Shown: positions 47,798-58,100 of the stretch, piece by piece | How the letters are laid out: each line of letters opens with the position of its first letter | Position numbering within the stretch: position 1 is the stretch's first letter | Assembly: GCA_963754875.1 (NCBI GenBank) | Contig: CAVWHO010000016.1 | Coordinates: 416,001 to 480,000 of the forward strand | Length of the DNA stretch: 64,000 nucleotides | Direction of reading: 5' to 3' | Source of the DNA: Nitrospirota bacterium | GTDB lineage: Bacteria > Nitrospirota > UBA9217 | Notes under the pieces: model-generated | Told to the model about the DNA's origin: nothing | What the model saw: the letters and a program-made list of their open reading frames with translations, nothing else | Databases searched by the model: none | Made by a program: the position numbers and the translations under genes

Positions 47798-48111
47798 TGC
47801 CCGCCTGTCCATGCCTCGCGGGCACCTTCCGCTTACTCACCACGCATTTTAACAACAACGTCCCCTGGTCCTTTCGCCGGAGAGTGGAGAGTAGTGAGAA
47901 AGTTTATGCGGTCCTGGACGCCTTTGAAAACGGCTTTTTTTCATTTGGCGGGGGAGGTAATTCATAAACCGCACCGGGGTACTCTATGCAGAGAGGACGG
48001 CCATAACTACGAGGCAAAAACAGAGAAAGAGGTCAACGTCAAAATCGATCAGATATATGCTCTTCGGGTATCAACGCCCTCCCCCAAATTCATTCAAGGG
48101 GATGATCCCGG

Positions 48112-48471
48112 TCACTGCATAGCGGCAACCTTCTTTTCGTTCATCGTAAGCAGGTCGATAACCTCGTCGGAGATCGGTCCGATCTTCATGTACGCGACGT
48201 CGGCATCGGCGGCCTTGCCTTGATTTTTGAGCGACACGATGCTCTTCACGGTCTCGTGCAGGTTGATATGCACTTTCTCAAGGCTCTTCATCTCTGGTAT
48301 TGTCCTGTAATATTCCGCCCCATCGGAGGACATCCACTTGCCCAGGCTGCAGTCCTTATGTGAGATGGCCTGCTCTTCGGTAAGGCCTCCTTTTCCCTCC
48401 AGAAAGTCCTTGAGCCTCGCCTTCCAAGCCCGGTGTTTTATTTTGAAGGTCCTGAATGTCATTGCGTTCAT
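48112..48471 (-). CDS. stand-alone CZB (chemoreceptor zinc-binding) domain protein
   Basis: H..WK, HKDCSLGKW, HINLH (3His-1Cys). Confidence 0.85.
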   Translation of the reverse strand: MNAMTFRTFKIKHRAWKARLKDFLEGKGGLTEEQAISHKDCSLGKWMSSDGAEYYRTIPEMKSLEKVHINLHETVKSIVSLKNQGKAADADVAYMKIGPISDEVIDLLTMNEKKVAAMQ

Positions 48472-48610
48472 TGATTCACTCTCCAAAAAGAAATATGATG
48501 GTTTTCTGGTTGATTACTATATCACAAATCCGCGTCCGCTGGAAGGGTGTGTGCTAGAGGAGACTCGGGGTAGAGTAGAGAGCTGGCAGCTACAATATTT
48601 TCATACGGAA

Positions 48611-48895
48611 TTATTCCTTGGTTCTTCTGGAAGATAATGCCGCCCTGAGCTCTTTCGTCATGTGCGTTCTCCCGCTATCGGCGTCCTTATCCCCCTACCA
48701 ACGGAATCAAAAAAAGATTTTCTGTATACCAGTTCATCGTAGTCCTCCGGCGTCAGGAGTTCGCCGACGGGTTTCCCATTCTGCGTAATGATCACGGGAT
48801 GACCCGTACTCTGAAGACTTTTAAACCACTTGGAGAGGATTGTCTTGAATTCTGCGATAGGGACAATATCATTTTTTATTAGAAATGGTCTTCAT
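48611..48895 (-). pseudogene. Phd/YefM antitoxin with two frameshifts, followed by a stump of its toxin (MKIL*)
   Basis: DIVPIAEFK..PVIITQNGKP..LL..EDYD; AAGGAG SD. Confidence 0.75.
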
Positions 48896-49015
48896 ACGGC
48901 TCCTTATTTAGCATATAAACTGGTCTAAATATAGATCAATACGGCATGCAAACCAAGCGTTTACTTTTGTCCCTCATCCCAGGAGAGAGGCCCATCTCAA
49001 CGTAAGTGTATTCAT

Positions 49016-49047
49016 AAAAAAACCGTAGTCATACACAATGACTACGG
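49016..49047 (-). terminator. intrinsic terminator
   Basis: CCGTAGTCAT-N5-ATGACTACGG followed by T7 on the minus strand. Confidence 0.75.
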
Positions 49048-49078
49048 CACATGCTCATGAAAATGCTCTTCTTATAAG

Positions 49079-49188
49079 ATCAACAACTTAGATGGTGGGG
49101 CGGCGGCCATCAAACAGTTTGTCCAATGCATTGAAATTGCTATGTATATTCCAATGCTATTTTCATAATACCCCCAAAAGTACCCCCA
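49079..49188 (-). mobile_element. att-like island end (ssrA 3'-end-like core, IHF-like box, integrase arm-type repeats)
   Basis: CCGCCGCCCCACCA (minus, 49093-49106); ATCAACAACTTA; TACCCCCA-AAAG-TACCCCCA. Confidence 0.55.
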
Positions 49189-49229
49189 TTGTCATTTCTC
49201 TAACGTCATATTCAACTCTATAGCGAAAC

Positions 49230-49445
49230 CTATGCGATAACCGGGGTTAAGGTATAGACTTTAGCCAAACGAGACGCTGTCTCCAAATTGCCCTGCCGAA
49301 GAGCTTCGCGCACGTCATCCAGCTTGTATGCATCTTCCACTGAAAGATAAGGCGACCAGCCATCATCTGAATAGATCAGTTCCACATCTACTTCAGCAAC
49401 ATATTCCCGCTCATGCACAAGTTTTGTATAATGTTTTGACTTCAT
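49230..49445 (-). CDS. small hypothetical protein, putative antitoxin of the DUF4258 protein
   Basis: [25 protein letters not shown]-coupled to the upstream gene. Confidence 0.7.
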   Translation of the reverse strand: MKSKHYTKLVHEREYVAEVDVELIYSDDGWSPYLSVEDAYKLDDVREALRQGNLETASRLAKVYTLTPVIA

Positions 49446-49765
49446 TGTTTTCTCCTTAAAAAATCACCTGACCAGCGTTCCAGATCCGGCCTGTAAGCGG
49501 TAACGAGAACTGCTGGTGACGATGCCCCTTTTGGAATGCCCCATACCACATGTATTGAGTGACCAGTCCGATCTTTCTGCAACACAAGTATGGAAGGCCC
49601 TTTTGGATAGTCTGGATAATCCTCGACAATGACTGCATCGGCAACCGTCGCCATAACATCCCGGACAAAGATATTGTCAGCCGCTAGTTCGTCATAACCA
49701 TGATCAGATATTTTCACATCGCCACGCTGGACAAGATGCAGGATCCGCAAGAATGTTTCATTCAT
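49442..49765 (-). CDS. DUF4258 domain protein (putative toxin)
   Basis: [33 protein letters not shown]. Confidence 0.8.
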   Translation of the reverse strand: MNETFLRILHLVQRGDVKISDHGYDELAADNIFVRDVMATVADAVIVEDYPDYPKGPSILVLQKDRTGHSIHVVWGIPKGASSPAVLVTAYRPDLERWSGDFLRRKQ

Positions 49766-49971
49766 TGGCGATGAACCTCGTGGTTTCCATGCATAATATG
49801 GTTATATGCACTTTGTGAGCCTGTCTGACTTAACAGTCTGCGGTCATCAATCAGTTTGTCCAAACGCCGTGTGAAATGTTATTGATCGCTATATCCCTTG
49901 ACTTTATTATATCTATAACATTAAACATTTCAAGGTATTTCTGTACCAATCATGATCACTGGCCAGGTTCT

Positions 49972-52812
49972 CTAAAAATCCTTTTCTCCGCGGTCGCTGA
50001 GCACATGCGCAATCATGGAGCGGTACGCCTCTTCACCTTCCGGCCCCATGTGGGCGATCAAGTCGATACCGGCATGCTGGTAAATATCTCTCCAATCCTC
50101 CCGGTGCCGTACGGCAAGTTTCGGATTCAGGACATACCACCCCTGCCGTTCGCGTCGGAACAGTCTCCTGCCGTATTGATTCTGGCTTTCCTCTTCGTTT
50201 TTCGACAGGAGCCCTGAGATGTAGGTTCTTTTTTTCCGGTACCCGGGTACAATGCTGTCCGGCAAAAGGGAGCAACTTTCTGCCAGCGTGACGGCGTTGA
50301 GCGAAGCCATGGCCACATACTTCGAGTTGAACCGTTTGTGCAGCAGGGATAAAAAGATGGAGAACAGAAGAAATTCTCCCTGACTGCTGTCAAGTTTCAC
50401 CAGGCGATCCTCGACCTTGAGACTGATATAAGAAGGTGCGAGAAGCTCATGCACAGAGGTAAACTGTTTGGAGGCGAATTCGCGGTTGTGAAGAGCCCAA
50501 TCCAGTGCGCCCAGCCACGCTGTACATCCATAATGGTCAATAGCTTCCGCGTCAGCGCCTGCGGCGAGCAGTTCCCGGATAAGCGCTGCGTTGCCCGCTA
50601 CTGCGGCGAGCATCAGCGGCGTTTTGTTGAATATCATACGGTGGTCGATTCCGTAAGTTTCGCACTGTTTGAGTATGTTCTTATAAAACCGCCCCCTGTA
50701 ATCTTCGTGGTATCGCGCAATCACACCGCTTCTTTGTTGTTCGTACACGGGTTCGTTCAAAGATCGGTAGCCGTACTCTGTTTTAAAAAGCTGCTTTGCC
50801 TTGTCGAATCCTGTCTGGCTTAAGGTGTCCATTAATCGGGGTTCGTCGTAAAACAACGCATAATCGAACAATGTTTTTTTTGGTTTCTGTGATACTTCCT
50901 TCGGGTTTCGAACGTACGCAAGGAGTTTCAGCACATGGTCGGGCGTACACACTTCCCAGGGAACGGCCTGAGTTTTTAGAATACCGCGCCTGATTTCGTC
51001 CGCCTGCTCCTGCCTGCCCTGGAGCTCAAGCTTATGGGCCTCAGCTTGCCATTCTTCGATGCTGGACTGCTTCTCGTCAACAGTCGCATCCTCTCGCGCA
51101 TTCTGAATCCCGAGCATTCCAATGAACGGGTGGTTAATGTCGCTCTCGATTAGATACAGTTTATGCACGGCGCGTGTGACAGCAACATAAAGAGAATTGA
51201 TGAAGAACTTAAAGACCTCAAGGGATTTATCCGTTTTGTCCCGGGCCCGCCGATAATCCAGCTCCCCATTCAAGTCCTCTTCGCTCACCCCATCAATGAT
51301 CTCCCGGAAGTTGGCGCGCTCACTCGATATAAAGTTTACGAGGACAACGTTCTCGTATTCCAGGCCCTTGGCCTCCTGAATGCTGAAGAGCAGCGGCGTA
51401 TCAAAAAACTGCCGCACCAAGTCCTTATCTTCTTCGCGCATGACCAACACGGCGAATTTCGTGGACCTTCGGGTCTTTTGACTCAATTCCCGTTTAGCCT
51501 TATCCGTGTCCCGGACGAAAAATATCTCGCCAGTCCTGTCCGACACACTGTTCATAAGGTAATTGCTTTCCCGGTCGATGGACCCGAAACGTTTGTGTTT
51601 TACCCTGAGCAGCTTGTTCGCAAGTTCGGTAACGGAAACCGAGTTGCGGAAATTTGACTGTAAAATCCGCGTCACCTTGCCTGATTCAAGAGCTTCGGCC
51701 TGATAAAACATGGACTTGAGGCCGCTCCATGAGAAAAAGTTAGGATGGACGATCTGATTAGAGTCGCCGCAGAGAATAAACTCATCTGGTCGCTTCAGGC
51801 TCCGGAGAATAAGCTGAAGCTGAATGTTCGTGATATCCTGCACCTCATCGACAACGACAAAGTCATAAGACTGCTTTACCTGAGGTAAATAGCTGTGCGC
51901 CAGGATATTCGGGTCGTAAAAATCGTTTTCCTTCAAATATGTTAGGTATTTTCCAAATAGCGAGTATACTACTTCGCGCTCATCGGCAAGAAAGATGGAC
52001 TGACGGACCCCGAGCGCGAGGTACTCTTCACGGGAAAGCCATGGTTTGTCTATGACGGATCCGGTCAAGACGCCACGGAACTCCTCATAGAGACGATGTG
52101 CGTCCGAGACACGTTGCTGCTTCGGAATTCTCGTAAGCCATCCGGCATAAGCTCGGTAGGTGATTTCCCTTCCCTCGGGGACTCGCATCGTTTCAAGATA
52201 TTCCCGAAACGATAGGAAGGCTATCTCCTGTTCTTTGTTTTCATAGTGATGGGAATAATAAATATTTCGAGAATTATCCGCGAGGTAGCGTGACAAAGTC
52301 ACATACAGTACCTGGCCATGGGCTTGTTTCATCTTTTCGAGGGTAAGCGCGGTCTTTCCGCTGCCGGCTGGACCGATAATGATGAGCGGCGTTGGATGCT
52401 GAAAGGCTCCTTGCTGATCAGGATCAAAGGATATCACCTTGTCAAGAACATGAAAGCGAATAAGCGCCGGGTTGACATACGAGAGTGTGGGAAGTTTTTC
52501 GTTTTCTACGGCCGTCGGCTCGACAATTGGAATCTTTGCTTCGTCAATTCGAACGCCTCGTAAAAACTTCGATTTGTCATACTCGTGATTAAACACAACC
52601 TCAAGTACAAGGGCATACCTCTCCCCTCCATAGGTCATGATTTTAAAAAGAAGACGATTGGTGTCGTCAAGTTTCGCTCGAAAGAGGTCCTGTTCGGACA
52701 ATTTTTTTACTTCTGCGGAATAGAAATCATCCTTTTCGAGAAATCCGATGAGTTTCCCATATTGCCGTTTTACCTTTGATGTATCAAGGTCTGCATATTC
52801 GATAATTTTCAT
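49972..52812 (-). CDS. UvrD/SF1 helicase with N-terminal RelE-like domain and C-terminal ankyrin repeat
   Basis: GPAGSGKT, VVVDEVQD, GDSNQ, NFRN, AKGLEY, LYVAVTRA; TPLMLAA.AGN..L...LL.AGAD ankyrin. Confidence 0.85.
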   Translation of the reverse strand: MKIIEYADLDTSKVKRQYGKLIGFLEKDDFYSAEVKKLSEQDLFRAKLDDTNRLLFKIMTYGGERYALVLEVVFNHEYDKSKFLRGVRIDEAKIPIVEPTAVENEKLPTLSYVNPALIRFHVLDKVISFDPDQQGAFQHPTPLIIIGPAGSGKTALTLEKMKQAHGQVLYVTLSRYLADNSRNIYYSHHYENKEQEIAFLSFREYLETMRVPEGREITYRAYAGWLTRIPKQQRVSDAHRLYEEFRGVLTGSVIDKPWLSREEYLALGVRQSIFLADEREVVYSLFGKYLTYLKENDFYDPNILAHSYLPQVKQSYDFVVVDEVQDITNIQLQLILRSLKRPDEFILCGDSNQIVHPNFFSWSGLKSMFYQAEALESGKVTRILQSNFRNSVSVTELANKLLRVKHKRFGSIDRESNYLMNSVSDRTGEIFFVRDTDKAKRELSQKTRRSTKFAVLVMREEDKDLVRQFFDTPLLFSIQEAKGLEYENVVLVNFISSERANFREIIDGVSEEDLNGELDYRRARDKTDKSLEVFKFFINSLYVAVTRAVHKLYLIESDINHPFIGMLGIQNAREDATVDEKQSSIEEWQAEAHKLELQGRQEQADEIRRGILKTQAVPWEVCTPDHVLKLLAYVRNPKEVSQKPKKTLFDYALFYDEPRLMDTLSQTGFDKAKQLFKTEYGYRSLNEPVYEQQRSGVIARYHEDYRGRFYKNILKQCETYGIDHRMIFNKTPLMLAAVAGNAALIRELLAAGADAEAIDHYGCTAWLGALDWALHNREFASKQFTSVHELLAPSYISLKVEDRLVKLDSSQGEFLLFSIFLSLLHKRFNSKYVAMASLNAVTLAESCSLLPDSIVPGYRKKRTYISGLLSKNEEESQNQYGRRLFRRERQGWYVLNPKLAVRHREDWRDIYQHAGIDLIAHMGPEGEEAYRSMIAHVLSDRGEKDF

Positions 52813-53206
52813 TTGGCGATTATGGTGTCTTCTTGATTTGCAGTATGCACGCAGCCTCAGGGTAATAACTTCGAGCAGCTACTCGGTCTCTCGTGACATT
52901 TTACGCCGATGACAGTTATATCAAAATGGTCGGTTAATTGATACGGAAAGTATAATAGAATTACACTGTAAGATAAAGCAGAAAAAAAAGAAGACGACTA
53001 AATGTTGTGCAAAATTCAGAAAGAAGTGAGCACTGAATCTTCCAACTGATACTCTTCACTTCATACGGCTACCGACGTTCCTCGTTTTCACCTACAAACT
53101 GTTAGAGTTATCACCTCAGGCAACTCCAACAATTCCGGTTGAAACATTGCATGTCATGATTACGACAAAACACACGACGATTAGACCGCCAAATCGTTTC
53201 CAGCCA

Positions 53207-53240
53207 TCATCTTCTGGTGGGTGGCAAGATGATCGGTATG
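53207..53240 (-). repeat. 34-bp remnant of the Rhs core (HTDHLAT.QKM)
   Basis: 32 of 34 nt identical to 55748-55781. Confidence 0.75.
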
Positions 53241-53361
53241 GATCATCCCGTACTGCGACTTCGGTTCATAAGGGATAAACGTCGTATCTATGGGGTCTTC
53301 CGAATGCAATAAACTCTTATGATGCCTAGCGTTTTTCAACACTTTTTTATAAGATCATATG

Positions 53362-54612
53362 TGATCTTCCCCCGAAAAAGTGGACACCTAGTTAAGTTTC
53401 TTTTAGACTCTTTTCGTACTGCTCCGGGCTCTTATATCCCAATCCCGAATGCTTCCTAGTGCGATTATAGAACACTTCCACATACTCAAAAATGCTTAAT
53501 CTCGCTTCTTCACGCGTTCGATACCGTTCACCGTGGACCAGCTCCCTTTTTAAGCGTGCTGAAGAACGACTCCATATAGGCATTATCATAGCAATTGCCT
53601 TTTCTGCTCATGCTCGGCGTTATGCCGTATCGCTTTAGGAGCGCCTGGTATCCATAACTCGCATATTGCCTGCCGCGATCAGAATGATGAATCAGACCCT
53701 CTGGCGGCTTCTCTCTCGTCACGGCCTGCTTTAGTGCTGCAGCTGCCAGTTCCTCCGTCAGCTGGTCTTTCATGGACAGCCCAATGATCTTTCGGGACTT
53801 CACACTCATGACCGCTGATACATAGAGCCATCCTTCGTTGGTCGGGACAAACGTGATATCAGATGCCCAGAGCGGACCTTTATAGCCGTCTTGAATCAGT
53901 AAATTGGCAGCCAACGAATAGTTATGCTTTGAATCGGTGGTCTTCTCGGAACCTCCTCTTCACTTCTGCCCGAATCCCGTTATCTTTCATGATCCTGGCG
54001 ATCCGGTTCTTTCCGCATCTGGTACCTTGCCTCACGGAGTTCCTCGGTTATCCGCGGGCTGCCGTAGACCCTTCTGTTCTTCTGGTGGATCTCTTGGATG
54101 CGATCCAGGAGCTGCTCATTCTCATTCCAGCGCTTGCCTGGTTTTCGCTTCCTCCACGCATAATAACCACTTCGAGAGACTCCCAATACTCTGCACATCA
54201 GCTTAAGCCGATAATACTTCGCGGTGCTTTTCAATGAACAGGTACTTTACCAGCTCCGTTTGGAAAAGACGCCCAAGGCTTTTTTTAAAATGTCCCGCTC
54301 TTCCTTGACGTCCTCCAATTCCTTCTGGAGGCGCTTCAACTCTGCGTCCTCAGGCTTTAAATTCCCTGTTACCCACAAAGGCTCCATCTCCCTCATCTCG
54401 TAAACAGTCCGCCTCCATTGATGCACTAGATTCGGATGAATGTCAAGATCACGGGCAACTTTCCTCACGGGAACACCTTTCTCCATCACTAGCTTAACTG
54501 CATTTCTTTTAAATTCTTGAGTGAATTGACGACGTTCGCTTTTTGCTCCCATAAGCGCCTCCTTTCTGATTTTACACCTATTCGAGGTGTCCATCAAATC
54601 GGGGGAGGCTTA
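53362..54612 (-). mobile_element. IS3 family element, degenerate (orfA 54247-54552; orfB broken by several frameshifts)
   Basis: 27-bp imperfect IRs TGATCTTCCCCCGA..TGGACACC / TAAGCCTCCCCCGA..TGGACACC; A7G slippery site at 54279-54286; WASDITF, HHSDRG.QY, SRKGNCYDNA.MESFF. Confidence 0.9.
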
Positions 54613-54714
54613 TATTGCGTAGTTGGGCTATTTAATCATTGATAACAGGGCAAGTCAAGCAGTTAGAAGACGAAGAAGAACAAGAGGACTCTAGACACTC
54701 ACCTCGTGGTGCCA

Positions 54715-54814
54715 GTTCAGCCAGGTGGAGAAACTCCCGCCGCCGAAGCGTAAGCAGATCGTGCAAATTCTCGATGCCTTCCTGGGAAGTGAAAAGATGA
54801 AGAAGAGCGGCTAA
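54715..54814 (+). pseudogene. C-terminal remnant of an XRE-type regulator
   Basis: QVEKLPPPKRKQIVQILDAFL..* with no start. Confidence 0.4.
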
Positions 54815-54865
54815 GGTGACTGTCGGGTTTCGCTGTGCTTAACCCGACTTGCCGGCCTGAGACCT

Positions 54866-55129
54866 CTATCGAACATACAATAAGAAACTGACCCCTAGCA
54901 AGCCCAAGCCACCAAAAATAATGCCAAATATACCACCTATATTTTTACGGCCAAAAACACCTAATGAGACGGCGATTATGAAAATTATCAGGAAAAACCA
55001 AAGAGAGTTCCACCATCTTGCTTCTTTTGCGGAAAAGCAAACTACAAACCACATTAAATTCGCGATAGCTAAGATGATGCTGGCACTTCCGCATTTTTTC
55101 TGCCATTGCGAAGAAACGATATTATCCAT
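54866..55129 (-). CDS. putative immunity protein (3 TM) for the Rhs toxin
   Basis: Small AT-rich hydrophobic ORF directly after the Rhs stop, AAGGAG SD. Confidence 0.65.
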   Translation of the reverse strand: MDNIVSSQWQKKCGSASIILAIANLMWFVVCFSAKEARWWNSLWFFLIIFIIAVSLGVFGRKNIGGIFGIIFGGLGLLGVSFLLYVR

Positions 55130-55157
55130 AGAGTATCTTTTATCTCCTTTCTCGACC

Positions 55158-58100
55158 CTACCAGTTTCCGGTTGCATGACTACACGCGCATTTTTCCCAT
55201 CGTTTCACAAGATCTGCATCACATTTCCATTCACAGGTAGTAGTACGCGTTGGGTTCCATCTACTTAACCAATCAACACCGCAGTCCTCATAACATTTGT
55301 CATGTTTTTTACAGGCAGAATCATAACAGTCTGTTGTTGGTCCAGAACCACCAGGACCGCACCAGTTGCCATGCCAGTTTAGCCCTTTAGGATCTTTCCT
55401 GTTCACGGGATTGTCGGCGGTATAATTATAATCAAAAAGATCCATGCCGATCCATACATTATCAGCACCATTCATATCAGGGTATCCATATTGTTTGTTT
55501 AGATACGACGAGATGTTCTTAAGATATATTTTTTTCATCAGGTAGAACTGCGTTAATAAGGGATCAAACTCAATATACTTGCCGATCACTGCGTTGTAGT
55601 CTCTCCACCAATTTTGATTCAGCCCCGTCTCTGCATCGAAGTACTGCCCCGGGAGCCTGAGATTATTGATGATCGTGCTGACTGTAATCGTCGTCTCCCC
55701 GTAAGGTTTATAGTCAGCAGACCAAACAACCGACCCGGAAAAGTCCGTCATCTTCTGCGGGGTGGCAAGATGATCGGTATGATAGTAATAGGTATTGCCA
55801 TTCGCTACCATCGCCAGCGGCTGTCCATTCAAGTATACATATTCCACATTGATTGTACCAGCACTATTTGACTCTGCTATGATCTGGCCACTCTGACTGT
55901 AATGGAAGACGGTTGCTGTGCCATTTACATTCTTTTTCACCCGCTGGCCGTTGCCATTGTAAGTGTAGTACGCCGTTGATCCGCCGTCGTTAACTTGAAT
56001 CAATCTCTGATTCTGGTTATAGATGTACTGCCGCGCGCCTTGGGTCGTCGTATTCCCGTCGTTATCAAAACCAAATGATATGCCATTTGCACTCGTCAGC
56101 TTGTTTGTATTCGATGCATAGGCGTAATTATTAGAGTTCTCCGTCAGCCTGTTACCGACTCCGTCATAGGTCCAGTTGAGGCTTCCCCATGATCCCGTGG
56201 CGCCCGTCAAGCGATCCAATGCGTCGTAAGCAAAGGTCTTGTTTTTTGTGGGATCGAGCGCGTTGGTGATGTGCTGGATATTGGCATTTGGGTCGTATTG
56301 ATCGTAGCTGAGATTCATGACAGCACCAGCTGTGATGCCGGTGATGCGATATTGATTATCGTAGCTGATCGACCCAGATAGTCCGTTACCATACGTCAGC
56401 GACGACATCCCGCCGAAGGGCTTGTAAGTGATATTCGTGGCGAGATTCGAAGCGTTGTTCAGCACGCTGATTACTTTATCACTGCTCATATTGTACATGA
56501 TCACGCGGCCAGACGGATACGTCATGGTCTTGAGGTTGCCATTCTGATCGTAAGTGTATTGCGTGACGTACGGATTGCTGTCGATGACCTTCGTTTCTTT
56601 CCTGACTTGTCCCTTTGGCGTGTACTCGTAACTTGTTATGCCGCTGGCATCGGCAATGGAACACAGCCTGCCCTTGCCGTTCACACACGTGTCGTAAACA
56701 TATCCGATATTCTGTGTCGTATCAGAGAACGCTATTTGCGTCAGCCTGTTCGCGGCATCGTAGGAGTACGATATCGTCACACCTTTCGCATCCGTTTTGC
56801 TGGTCATGTTCCCGGCAGGATCGTAGCTGTAGGTTGTCGTACCGGTATCCGGGGAGATTACCTGATAGACCCTCCCTTTGTCGTCATATTTGTAAGTCGT
56901 CGTATTGGTGTTCGCATCCTCGACTGAGGTCAGGTTATTATTCGTATCGTAGCCGTAGCCGGTGGTGATCGAGCCGGGTTGAATAACTGAAGAAAGCCGA
57001 TTTAGTGCGTCATACGTGTAAGTTGTGAGTGTCATATTCGGACTTTGAAGTGAAATTCTATTACCCTGTGCGTCATAATCAAATTGAGTGTAATTGGTAT
57101 CAGGATTAATAATCTTCGATAGCCTGTTTAAGGCATCATACTGATACGAGAGTGTCTTCTGGAGGGTGCCCGATGCATCTTTGATCTGCTCCGTAAGCTT
57201 GTTCCCTCCCGAGTCATAAGTGTAGTTGATGCTGTTGCTCTGGCTATCCGTGATCGTGGCCGGGTTTCCCAGGGTATCATACGTGTACCAAATCGTGTTG
57301 CCTTCGGGAAGGGTGATGTGATCAATCTTGTTTGGACTGCCGCAGGACAAGCAGCCACCTGCGATGTAGAAATATTGCGTTGGGTTCGTGTCATCAGGTG
57401 CTTTGACGGTCAGCACCCGGCCTGTTGAGTCATAGGTATAATTCGTGGCATTCCCGTTCGGGTCGGTAACGGTCTGGGGATTCCCGAGATTGTCAAAATT
57501 GGAATAAGACGTCGTTCCGCTCAATGGCTGGCTGACTCCCGTGAGGTTCCCAGTCATAGGATCGTAATAGTATGTGGTAACGTCATTTACATCCGTTCTT
57601 GGGCCGTCAATAGTTGCGATCTTTCCGTTTGCGTTGTACGTGTATGTGGTCGTATAGGAATATGGCGTTCCATCTCCGCGCAGGCCGGTTTCTGTCGTGA
57701 AGAGCAGGTTCCCGTTCGTTTCATCGTAGGTGTTCGTCTTGATCCTTCTCTGATTCGGGGTAACCACGCTCGACACCGTCTCCGTGGTAACCAGGTTGTA
57801 GGCAGGATCATAAATATACGTTGTGGTCTTTTGAATAGCCGTTCCCTGGGCCTCTGTTTTGGTGAGCACATTGCCTGTACTATCGTAGGTATAATTGATC
57901 GCATTACGAAGAACGAGCGTTGTGGTGCCCCCGGACATTACATTTTCCCAATGCTCCTCGCGGGTTACCCACGTACTGCTGTTTCTGGTGTAATTGGTGA
58001 CATTTCCAAAGGTGTCTGTGGAACTGATCAACATGCCCGATGTGTCAAAATTTACAGTGCGAGTCTGGGTGTTTAAAAGATTGCCCGTGGCGTCCTTGAT

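Noticed and set aside
49090..49110. tRNA or tmRNA gene
   Set aside because: Only a 14-nt CCA-ending fragment, no cloverleaf; treated as an att remnant
53355..54620. Target-site duplication of IS3
   Set aside because: Flanks (TATG / TATT) do not match exactly; the element is degenerate
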